Assembly (NCBI RefSeq): GCF_001598795.1
Contig: NZ_BCZP01000016.1
Coordinates: 90,001 to 122,000 of the forward strand
Source: Delftia acidovorans NBRC 14950
GTDB taxonomy: Bacteria > Pseudomonadota > Gammaproteobacteria > Burkholderiales > Burkholderiaceae_C
DNA: 32,000 nt
Direction of reading: 5' to 3'
Part shown: positions 11,083 to 18,996 of the stretch, piece by piece
Numbering within the stretch: position 1 is the first letter of the stretch
Layout: each line of letters begins with the position of its first letter
Position numbers and translations under genes: made by a program
The notes under the pieces: generated by a model
The model's database searches: none
Told to the model about the DNA's origin: nothing
Seen by the model: the letters and a program-made list of their open reading frames with translations, nothing else

Positions 11083-11868
11083 ATGACCACTTCCACCAAA
11101 TCGGATTCCGCAGCCAAGCGCGACGTGACCAAGCTGCAACGCGCCATTGTTGACGGCCTCGAAAACGTCAAGGCCCAAGACATCCAGGTCTTCAATACCG
11201 AAAAGCTCTCGCCGCTGTTCGAGCGCGTGATCGTGGCTGCGGGCACCTCCAACCGCCAGACCAAGGCGCTGGCCTCCAGCGTGCGCGACGCCGTCAAGCA
11301 GGCCGGTTTTCCCGTGCCACGCCAGGAAGGCGAAGAAAACGGCGAGTGGATCATCGTGGACTGCGGCCAGGCCGTGGTCCATGTCATGCAGCCAGCCATC
11401 CGCCAGTACTACCGCCTGGAAGAGATCTGGGGCGAGACGCCTGTGCGCCTGAAGCTGGGTGCTCCCAAGCCCACGCGCTCGGCCGCCACCGACAAGGCCG
11501 AGGAAAAGGCCAAGAAGGCCGCTTCCAAGAAGGCTGCTGCAACGGCCGCCAAGCCTGCTGCCAAGAAGGCCGCTTCTGCCGCTGCACCTGCTGCAGGCAA
11601 GAAGCCCGCTGCCAAGAAGGCAGCTCCTGCCAAGGCCGCTGCGCCCCGTTCCGCAGCTGCCAAGCCGGCCGCATCCCGTACGGCTGCTGCAAAGTCGGCC
11701 GCTCCCAAGTCCGCCGCCGTGAAGTCGGCCGCCGCCAAGGCGCCGGCCCGCAAGACGGCAGCGCCCAAGGCCATCAAGACCGTGGTGGTCAACCGCGCTC
11801 CCGCCAAGCCCAAGGCAGGTGCCGCTGCCAAGCCGGCCGCCAAGCGCGCTCCCCGCGCCAAGGCCTGA
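11083..11868 (+). CDS. rsfS: Ribosome silencing factor RsfS (iojap/YbeB) with a long Ala/Lys/Pro-rich C-terminal extension
   Basis: The RsfS core covers about residues 15-120 (FERVIVAAGTSNRQTKALASSV, WIIVDCGQAVVHVMQPAIRQYYRLEEIW). Residues 126-261 are a low-complexity AKP tail. Confidence 0.85.
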   Translation: MTTSTKSDSAAKRDVTKLQRAIVDGLENVKAQDIQVFNTEKLSPLFERVIVAAGTSNRQTKALASSVRDAVKQAGFPVPRQEGEENGEWIIVDCGQAVVHVMQPAIRQYYRLEEIWGETPVRLKLGAPKPTRSAATDKAEEKAKKAASKKAAATAAKPAAKKAASAAAPAAGKKPAAKKAAPAKAAAPRSAAAKPAASRTAAAKSAAPKSAAVKSAAAKAPARKTAAPKAIKTVVVNRAPAKPKAGAAAKPAAKRAPRAKA

Positions 11869-11889
11869 ACGGTTCGGGACTGACGCTGC

Positions 11890-12357
11890 ATGAAACTGTT
11901 GATCGTGGCCGTGGGCCAGCATGTGCCCGACTGGGCGCAGACGGCCTACGACGACTATGCAAAGCGCTTTCCCCCGGAGCTCAAGGTGGAGCTCAAGGCC
12001 GTCAAGACCGAGCCGCGCGGCTCCAAGACGGTAGAGACCCTGTACGCGGCCGAGCGCAAGCGCATCGAGGCCGCCATTCCGCGCGGCACGCGCATCGTCG
12101 TGCTCGATGAGCGTGGCACCAATCTGACGACCAAGGCACTGGCCCAGCGCCTGCAGGGCTGGCAGCTGGAGGGCGACGACGTGGCCCTGATCATCGGCGG
12201 CCCGGACGGACTGGACCCCGCCTTCAGGCAGGCTGCGCACGAGCGCATCCGCCTGTCGGACCTGACCCTGCCGCATGCCATGGTGCGGGTGCTGCTCATC
12301 GAGCAGCTGTACCGTGCCTGGTCGGTCAACGCCGGCCATCCCTACCACCGGGAATAG
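11890..12357 (+). CDS. rlmH: 23S rRNA (pseudouridine1915-N3)-methyltransferase (SPOUT)
   Basis: [46 protein letters not shown]. Confidence 0.9.
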   Translation: MKLLIVAVGQHVPDWAQTAYDDYAKRFPPELKVELKAVKTEPRGSKTVETLYAAERKRIEAAIPRGTRIVVLDERGTNLTTKALAQRLQGWQLEGDDVALIIGGPDGLDPAFRQAAHERIRLSDLTLPHAMVRVLLIEQLYRAWSVNAGHPYHRE

Positions 12358-12435
12358 GGCCTGTCCCGGCTCCCAGGCTCTGCCAGCGGCCCTGTCACGC
12401 GGATCCGAGGATCTCGTGATACTATGATTTTGATA

Positions 12436-12480
12436 GCCTTCAGCGCTTTGCAACAAAGGGCTGAAGGCATTTCTCATTCT
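12436..12480 (+). terminator. Terminator-like hairpin after rlmH, ending 4 nt before the maf ATG
   Basis: gccttcagcgctttg caa caaagggctgaaggc: a 15-bp stem with one mismatch, followed by atttctcattct. Confidence 0.5.
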
Positions 12481-12484
12481 TATC

Positions 12485-13099
12485 ATGCCGCCATTCATCT
12501 ACCTTGCCTCCCAGAGCCCCCGCCGCCGCCAGCTGCTGGAGCAGCTGGGTGTGGCCCATGAGCTTTTGCTGCCCAACGCCGAGGGCGACATTGCCGAAGA
12601 TGCCGAGGCCATAGAGGCCGAACTGGCCGATGAGGCAGCGCGCGACTATGTGCAGCGCGTCACCGCGCTCAAGCTCGATGCCGCCGTGGCCCGCCATGCG
12701 CGCCGCGCCCTGGCTGTGGCGCCCGTGCTGTGCTCGGACACCACGGTGGCGCTGGATGGCCGCATTCTTGGCAAGCCTGCCGATGCCGACGATGCCCGCC
12801 GCATGCTGACCGCGCTTGCGGGCCGCGAGCACGAGGTGCTGACCGCCGTCGCCATACAGCACGGCGCGCGGCGCCTGGCTGCGCTGTCGGTGTCCCAGGT
12901 CTGCTTCTCGGCCATGAGCGCGCAGCAGATCGACGCGTATGTGGCCTCGGGCGAGCCCATGGGCAAGGCCGGCGCCTATGGCATACAGGGCCGCGCGGCG
13001 GCCCATGTGCAGTGGCTGCACGGCAGCTACTCGGGCATCATGGGCCTGCCGCTGTTCGAGACGGCGGCGCTGCTGCGCGAGCTGGGCTGGGCACTGTAG
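12485..13099 (+). CDS. maf: Maf-like nucleoside triphosphate pyrophosphatase
   Basis: [38 protein letters not shown]. Confidence 0.9.
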   Translation: MPPFIYLASQSPRRRQLLEQLGVAHELLLPNAEGDIAEDAEAIEAELADEAARDYVQRVTALKLDAAVARHARRALAVAPVLCSDTTVALDGRILGKPADADDARRMLTALAGREHEVLTAVAIQHGARRLAALSVSQVCFSAMSAQQIDAYVASGEPMGKAGAYGIQGRAAAHVQWLHGSYSGIMGLPLFETAALLRELGWAL

Positions 13100-13260
13100 G
13101 CCGGCTCCCCGACCTTGGCCCGCAGGGGCGTGCAGGCATGCGCAGACCGCCGATGGCAGCGGATGGCGCGGCAAGATAGTGGCAAGCGGCCACCGGCGCA
13201 ATGATTGCCGGGCCGCCATGGCCGAGAAATACAAACGACAAAGCACACCACAGGCACAGC

Positions 13261-14748
13261 ATGCAGCAAGACATTCTGATCAATTGGTCGCCACAGGAAA
13301 CGCGCGTGGCCATCATCGAGAACGGCGCCGTCCAGGAGCTGCACATGGAGCGCCCGCTGGAGCGCGGCCTGGTTGGCAACGTCTATCTGGGCAAGGTCTC
13401 GCGTGTGCTGCCGGGCATGCAGTCGGCCTTCATCGACATCGGCCTGGAGCGCGCGGCCTTCCTGCATGTGGCCGATGTGTGGCAGCGGCAGGAAGGGGGC
13501 GAGGCCCCCATGTTCGCGCGCAAGGACATGCCTGTCGTGCCCATCGAAAAGCAGGTTTTCGAAGGCCAGACCATCATGGTGCAGGTCATCAAGGACCCGA
13601 TCGGCACCAAGGGTGCGCGCCTGTCCACGCAGATCAGCATTGCGGGGCGATTGCTGGTGCTGCTGCCCCAGGATGACCATATCGGCATCTCGCAGAAAAT
13701 CCCGCAGGGCGAGCGCGACGCGCTGCGCGCCCGCCTGCAGGGCCTGGTGGGCACCAAGGAAACCGGCGGGGGCGGCGGCTTCATCCTGCGCACCAATGGC
13801 GAGGATTCCAGCGACGCCGAGCTGGCCGACGACATCCGCTACCTGCGCAAGACCTGGAGCCGCATCAAGGACGCCTCGGTGCGCCTGCCGCCCATGTCGC
13901 TGCTGCACCAGGACCTGAACCTGCTGCAGCGCGTGCTGCGCGATCTGGTGGGCGAGGGCACGCAGAGCATCCGCATCGACTCCAAGGAGCAGTTCGCCCT
14001 GCTCATGACCTTCGGCCAGGAATACATGCCGGCGGCCGTGCCCAAGCTGCAGCACTACCGCGGCGAGCGGCCCATCTTCGACCTCTTCGCCATCGACGAG
14101 GAAATCGCCCGTGCGCTGGGCCGCCGCGTGGATCTCAAGTCCGGCGGCTACCTGATCGTGGACCAGACCGAGGCGCTGACCACGGTGGACGTCAACACCG
14201 GCGGCTACGTGGGGGCGCGCAACTTCGACGACACCATCTTCAAGACCAACCTGGAAGCGGCCCAGCAGATTGCGCGCCAGCTGCGCCTGCGCAACCTGGG
14301 CGGCATCATCATCGTGGACTTCATCGACATGGTGCGGGACGACCACCAGGCCGAGGTGCTGTCCGAATTCAAGCGCCAGCTCGGGCGCGACCGTGTCAAG
14401 ACCATGGCGGGCGGTTTCTCGCAGTTGGGCCTGGTGGAGATGACGCGCAAGCGCACGCGGGAATCGCTGGCCCACATGCTGTGCGAATCCTGCCCGGTCT
14501 GCCAGGGCAAGGGCCATGTGAAGACCGTGCGCAGCGTCTGCTACGAGGTGCTGCGCGAAATCCTGCGCGAAGCGCGCCAGTTCAACCCGCGCGAGTTCCG
14601 CATCGTGGCCTCGCCCAAGGTGGTGGAGATGTTCCTGGACGAGGAAAGCCAGCACCTGGCAGGCCTGTCCGACTTCATCAAGAAGCCCATCTCGCTGCAG
14701 GCCGAGACAGCCATGGCACAGGAGCAATACGACATTGTGCTGCTGTGA
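13261..14748 (+). CDS. rng: Ribonuclease G
   Basis: S1 domain GNVYLGKVSRVLPGMQSAFIDIG; catalytic region TEALTTVDVNTG and GGIIIVDFIDM; zinc-link CxxC (CESCPVCQGKG). Start at ATG 13261 (MQQDILIN) rather than the ORF-track start 13201. Confidence 0.9.
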   Translation: MQQDILINWSPQETRVAIIENGAVQELHMERPLERGLVGNVYLGKVSRVLPGMQSAFIDIGLERAAFLHVADVWQRQEGGEAPMFARKDMPVVPIEKQVFEGQTIMVQVIKDPIGTKGARLSTQISIAGRLLVLLPQDDHIGISQKIPQGERDALRARLQGLVGTKETGGGGGFILRTNGEDSSDAELADDIRYLRKTWSRIKDASVRLPPMSLLHQDLNLLQRVLRDLVGEGTQSIRIDSKEQFALLMTFGQEYMPAAVPKLQHYRGERPIFDLFAIDEEIARALGRRVDLKSGGYLIVDQTEALTTVDVNTGGYVGARNFDDTIFKTNLEAAQQIARQLRLRNLGGIIIVDFIDMVRDDHQAEVLSEFKRQLGRDRVKTMAGGFSQLGLVEMTRKRTRESLAHMLCESCPVCQGKGHVKTVRSVCYEVLREILREARQFNPREFRIVASPKVVEMFLDEESQHLAGLSDFIKKPISLQAETAMAQEQYDIVLL

Positions 14749-14927
14749 ATCGGTATTTATCCTGCTAATTCATTATCAATAGCAGTCCATCTATTGGTGA
14801 ATGAATGTGTTCAATTGAACTCATTCTTGCATTGCTATGGATTGTTGATTCCCGATAATTAACTTTGTCTCGGCTTTTTTGATACTGTTTGTTGCAATCA
14901 GTGCCTCAGCAACTGAAAGGGCGACGA
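14749..14927 (+). promoter_or_regulatory. AT-rich intergenic region upstream of the LodA-like gene (probable promoter and regulatory region)
   Basis: About 38% G+C by hand count, against roughly 65% or more in the flanks. Contains a perfect 12-bp palindrome gttcaattgaac (14809-14820) and the inverted repeats ctgcta/tagcag and gttgc/gcaac. Confidence 0.5.
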
Positions 14928-16829
14928 ATGGGAATCGACTCCACCATTGTGCGTGCAGCCATACACCCGGGAATTGGTGTGGCGCGTATTGGCAATAGTC
15001 CGGATGAGTACTATGTCGGCCCCGAGCTGATGCATGTGCCGCCCATGGCGCCGGGCAGCCTGCGCGATGCGCAGGGCGCGCTCAAGCGGCAGGCGGCGCG
15101 CTTTCGCATCTACGGCTACAACGCTGCGGGCGAGGTGGTGCGTGAACTCACGGCCGACCAGGAGCAGATCGAATGGGAAGTCGAGCTGGCCAATACCAAG
15201 GCTGCCTGGTATCAATTCCAATTGGCGCTGGACGTGCCTGAAGCCGCAACGGCCGATCCCACGATTTTGCGCAATGCCACGGTGAAGGACCGGAAAAGCC
15301 TGGCCATTCGACCCGGAGCCCGCCGCATTGCCAAAGGCTCGGCCCCCGTGGCATTCGACAGCGGCAGTTTCTGCGGCAAGCCGGTTTATCTGGGCGAATT
15401 GCGCATTGAAAAGACGGGCCAGCTTCTCGTGCTGGGAGGCCGTGGCGTCTCTGCCTCCGTGGATGGCTCCAAGGCCACCACGTTTGCGAACAACGAGGGC
15501 TGGCATGACGATGTGGCCGACGGCCCCGTGCGCGCCAAGGTCGTCGTGGCCGGTGTTTCCGTGCCGGTGGATGCGGCATGGGTCACGGTTGCGCCGCCCA
15601 ACTACGGCCCGCAGATGAAGTCGGTGCGCACCATGAAGGACCTGATGGAGGATGTGTACATCCACTCGGGCATGGCCGCCTTCCCGCTGCACGTCTCCTT
15701 CAGCCGGCACATCCTGCCCATACTCCAGCGCCAGAGCAGCCTGCAGTGGGCGAACAAGGGCTTTGCATCCCAGTTCGGCTGGGGCGGGGCGGCCAATGCG
15801 GATGACGAGGTGTGGATCGCCAGGCTCAACAGCCCGGGCACGACCTGGGCCGAGCTGCGCCAGCAGGTGGCGAATGCCTTCCGGCGCTTTGACCGTGATG
15901 GCGCATCTCCCCAGCCCTGGCCCTGGCTGTATGGCGATGCCATGGCCGTGCCGCCCGTCGACACACCGCGCCAGCATGCGGCGCTGACGGCCACGCAGCT
16001 GAGGATGCTGGACCTGTGGGCCGGTGGCCATTTCCTGTCCGACTGGAAGCCCGGCCAGCAGTACCCTGCCCAGCTCGCCGACGTGCCGCTGCAGGAGCAG
16101 CCGGCCATGCTCGACCATGCCGCCATGGACGACTGCCTGGCCGACGCCTTCCATCCGGGCTGCGAGATCACCTGGCCCATGCGGCACGCCAGCATGTACC
16201 GGGCGCCGTTCCGCATCCGCGAGGCGGCAGTGAACCCGCCCGAGCTGCAGCTCTACGGCTCCCGGCTCACGCCTGCGGTGGCCCTGTCAGAGAGCGGGCC
16301 GCTGTATGCGCAGGTGGCCGGCGACCTCACGCGCTGGATGGCGGTCCCCTGGCAGACCGACACCGCCAGCTGCCGCAGCGGCTATTACGCCGGCTATGGC
16401 CCACGCTACGACCCCTACCTGCCCACGTTCTGGCCAGCCCGCGTGCCCAACCAGGTGCTGACGCAGGAGGCCTATGAAAGGGTCATCAACGCCGAACTGC
16501 CGCGCGAGCAGCGCGTTGCCGCCTTCAACCGCCGCGAGTCGTGGTTCCGCACACTGGGTGAGGAAGGCTATGAGAGCGAGATCAACCGCATGATCAGCCA
16601 CTTCGGTGACATGGGCGTCATCGAGAGTCGGCCCGGGGTGCGGGGCGACAAGGACTTCCCGCCGGTGATGCAGGTGGAAAACCGCATCGCCCCGGCGCCG
16701 TTGCACATGCTCAAGACTGCGGTGCAACCGGACGGGCAGGAAGTGCCTCCCCGCATCGAGCCCTTCGATGCAGACAACGAGCAGCAGTTGCGCGCCATGA
16801 CGCAGCGCGGCCCGGTGCTGCCGCGCTGA
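14928..16829 (+). CDS. LodA/GoxA-family protein (predicted cysteine tryptophylquinone quinoprotein amino-acid oxidase), substrate unknown
   Basis: N-terminal AAIHPGIGVARIGNS, IEWEVELANTKAAWYQF, GQLLVLGGRG, GWHDDVADGPV, MAVPWQTDTASC and TFWPARVP match, from memory, conserved blocks of Marinomonas LodA. ATG 14928 has aaaggg 8 nt upstream. The ORF-track TTG at 14889 was not used. Confidence 0.72.
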   Translation: MGIDSTIVRAAIHPGIGVARIGNSPDEYYVGPELMHVPPMAPGSLRDAQGALKRQAARFRIYGYNAAGEVVRELTADQEQIEWEVELANTKAAWYQFQLALDVPEAATADPTILRNATVKDRKSLAIRPGARRIAKGSAPVAFDSGSFCGKPVYLGELRIEKTGQLLVLGGRGVSASVDGSKATTFANNEGWHDDVADGPVRAKVVVAGVSVPVDAAWVTVAPPNYGPQMKSVRTMKDLMEDVYIHSGMAAFPLHVSFSRHILPILQRQSSLQWANKGFASQFGWGGAANADDEVWIARLNSPGTTWAELRQQVANAFRRFDRDGASPQPWPWLYGDAMAVPPVDTPRQHAALTATQLRMLDLWAGGHFLSDWKPGQQYPAQLADVPLQEQPAMLDHAAMDDCLADAFHPGCEITWPMRHASMYRAPFRIREAAVNPPELQLYGSRLTPAVALSESGPLYAQVAGDLTRWMAVPWQTDTASCRSGYYAGYGPRYDPYLPTFWPARVPNQVLTQEAYERVINAELPREQRVAAFNRRESWFRTLGEEGYESEINRMISHFGDMGVIESRPGVRGDKDFPPVMQVENRIAPAPLHMLKTAVQPDGQEVPPRIEPFDADNEQQLRAMTQRGPVLPR

Positions 16830-18068
16830 GTGCCGGCCATGTCGTCGCACGCCATGGCCGCCGCGCCGCTGCCGGATGAACTGGATGTGCTCGTCGTGGG
16901 CGCAGGGCCGGCGGGCGCGGCCGTTGCCGCGCAGCTGGCAGGGCACTGCCGCGTGGCGCTGATAGGGCGTGCCGTGCAGGCTGGGCGGGCCATTGGCGAA
17001 ACCCTGCCCGCTGCGGCCCGGGTGATTCTGTCCGACCTGGGCGTGTGGGATGCGTTCGCGGCACAGGGCCACCGTCCTGCCTGGTCGCGGCGGTCATTGT
17101 GGGGAAGCTCCGAGGTCATCTTTCAGGACGCGCTGTTCGACCCGCATGGTGCGGGCTGGCACCTGGACCGTGCGCGCTTCGACGCCATGCTGCTGGAGGC
17201 TGCGCGCAGCCGTGGCGTGCCCTGCCTGGTGCCCGCCACGCTGCGCAGCATGCAGCGCCAGCCACCGGGCGCACCCATGCGCTGGCGCTGCCTGATCGAT
17301 AGGGCGCAGGGCGACACGGCGCATGGCCCGTTGGAGCTGTCCTGCCGCATCGTGGTCGATGCCACGGGCCGCGCGGCCCGCGTGGCCCGGCAGGCGGGCG
17401 CCCAGGTCCACCGTGGTGGCCGCCTGGTCTGCTTTCACGCCTGGGTGGAGCCGCCATCGCATGAGCATGCAGGCACCACCATGATCGAGTCGGATGCCGA
17501 AGGCTGGTGGTACAGCGCTGACCTGCCCGATGGCAGTTGCGTGATTGCCTGGCAGACCGACATCGATCTGCCTGAAGCCCGGCGCCTGCTCAGCACGGCC
17601 GATCTGTTGGAAATGGCGCATCACACGGCCCTGGTGGGCGCGCGCAGCAGGGGCAGCCGGGTGCTGGAGCCGCTGCGCGTGGCCGCCGCCCACGAACAAT
17701 GGCTTGATGCAGCCAGCGGGCCTGACTGGCTGGCCGTGGGCGATGCAGGCCTGTCCTTCGATCCGCTGGCATCGCAGGGCCTGCTCAACAGCCTGGTCAC
17801 GGGCAGCGAGGCCGCCCTGGCCGTGCGCCGCAGTCTGGCGGGCGATGCCGATGCGCTGCCGTCCTGGAATGCGTGGATCGGCACGATACGCGCCGCGTAC
17901 CGCACCCACCACCAGCACTACTACGCGCTGGAGCAGCGCTGGGCGGCCGAGCCGTTCTGGACCCGCCGCCAGCAGGCTCCGGAGGCAGGGATCGGAGCCG
18001 ACGTTACTGCCGCTCCAACTTCGCCGTCTGCACGATCGCATTCCAGCGCTGGTACTCGGCCCGCGTGA
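16830..18068 (+). CDS. LodB-like FAD-dependent flavoprotein (predicted CTQ-maturation partner)
   Basis: It starts directly after the LodA-like stop, at GTG 16830 or ATG 16839. It has the dinucleotide-binding fold DVLVVGAGPAGAAVAAQLA. Size and position match the lodA-lodB / goxA-goxB arrangement. Confidence 0.62.
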   Translation: MPAMSSHAMAAAPLPDELDVLVVGAGPAGAAVAAQLAGHCRVALIGRAVQAGRAIGETLPAAARVILSDLGVWDAFAAQGHRPAWSRRSLWGSSEVIFQDALFDPHGAGWHLDRARFDAMLLEAARSRGVPCLVPATLRSMQRQPPGAPMRWRCLIDRAQGDTAHGPLELSCRIVVDATGRAARVARQAGAQVHRGGRLVCFHAWVEPPSHEHAGTTMIESDAEGWWYSADLPDGSCVIAWQTDIDLPEARRLLSTADLLEMAHHTALVGARSRGSRVLEPLRVAAAHEQWLDAASGPDWLAVGDAGLSFDPLASQGLLNSLVTGSEAALAVRRSLAGDADALPSWNAWIGTIRAAYRTHHQHYYALEQRWAAEPFWTRRQQAPEAGIGADVTAAPTSPSARSHSSAGTRPA

Positions 18069-18996
18069 ATTCGCGGAAGGCCTTGGAGTCCAGCAGGCGC
18101 ACTTCGCCGCCCAGTGCCGTCACCTTGGACTTGAAGTCGGCATGGCCCGCCACCTTGAGCGTGGCATCCTCCAGCCGCTTGACGATGGCGGCCGGCGTGC
18201 CCTTGGGTGCCAGCACGCCGTTCCAGGTGCCGGTCACGAAGGTGGGGTAGCCGCTTTCCTTCATGGTCGGCACATCGGGCAGGGCGGGCAGGCGCTGCTC
18301 GGAGGTCACGGCCAGGGCCTTGAGCTTGCCCGACTGCACGAAGGGCAGGGCGGGCGTCACGTTCTCGAAGATGAAATCGATCTGGCCGCCCAGCAGGTCG
18401 GTCAGGGCCGGCGCGCTGCCCTTGTAGGGCACATGCACCATGTCCAGCTGGGTGGCGCTCTTGAACAGCTCGCCCGACAGGTGGACCGTGGAGCCGCTGC
18501 CCGGCGAGCCATAGCTCATGCCGGTCTTTTGCGCGGCGGCGCGTGCCACCAGGTCCTTCACCGTCCTTGCGGGCGTGCGCGTCTCGTTGACGACCAGCAC
18601 ATTGGGAATGGTGGTCACCAGGGCCACGTACTCGAAATCGCCCAGGCTCTTCTCGCTCAGGTTCTTGTACAGGCTCTGGTTGATGGCCTGGGTGCCGGCC
18701 GTGCCGAACAGCAGCGTGTAGCCATCATTGGCCGCCGAAGCCACGCGACTGGCGCCGATGGAGCCGTTGGCGCCGGAGATGTTTTCCACGATCACGGGCT
18801 GGCCCAGCGATTCGGACAGGCCCTGCGCCACCATGCGCGCCAGCACATCGGTATTGCCGCCAGGGGCGAAGGGCACGACCAGCTTGACGGGCCGGGTGGG
18901 ATAGGCATCCGCCCAGGCCTGGGGCAGGGGCAGCAGCGTGGCGCCGAGCAGCGCGGCAGCGCGCAGGAATTGCTTGCGTGAAAGGGTGCGGGGCAT
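18004..18996 (-). CDS. Bug/TctC-family substrate-binding protein (periplasmic)
   Basis: Start at ATG 18996, with aggaga 7 nt upstream. Signal peptide MPRTLSRKQFLRAAALLGATLLPLPQAWA. Motifs LVVPFAPGGNTD and HVPYKGSAPA. Confidence 0.9.
   Translation of the reverse strand: MPRTLSRKQFLRAAALLGATLLPLPQAWADAYPTRPVKLVVPFAPGGNTDVLARMVAQGLSESLGQPVIVENISGANGSIGASRVASAANDGYTLLFGTAGTQAINQSLYKNLSEKSLGDFEYVALVTTIPNVLVVNETRTPARTVKDLVARAAAQKTGMSYGSPGSGSTVHLSGELFKSATQLDMVHVPYKGSAPALTDLLGGQIDFIFENVTPALPFVQSGKLKALAVTSEQRLPALPDVPTMKESGYPTFVTGTWNGVLAPKGTPAAIVKRLEDATLKVAGHADFKSKVTALGGEVRLLDSKAFREFTRAEYQRWNAIVQTAKLERQ

Noticed and set aside
11044-12498. 484-aa minus-strand ORF and several 80-260-aa alternative-frame ORFs over the rsfS tail and rlmH
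   Set aside because: The repetitive GC-rich AKP-coding DNA is open in most frames. Only the plus frame continues from a recognisable RsfS core and is followed by rlmH.
13027-14727. 566-aa minus-strand ORF opposite rng
   Set aside because: It is an antisense shadow ORF. The plus strand encodes a complete RNase G with an S1 domain and catalytic motifs.
14763-14790. Possible Fur box (taattcattatcaatagc) in the AT-rich spacer before the LodA-like gene
   Set aside because: The best 19-mer alignment I could make matched only about 9 of 19 consensus positions. The resemblance is probably just AT-richness.
14749-18068. Idea that the LodA/LodB-like pair is a recently acquired genomic island
   Set aside because: There is no integrase, transposase, tRNA or flanking direct repeat. 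The two coding regions have the same high G+C and codon style as their neighbours. Only the upstream spacer is compositionally unusual.
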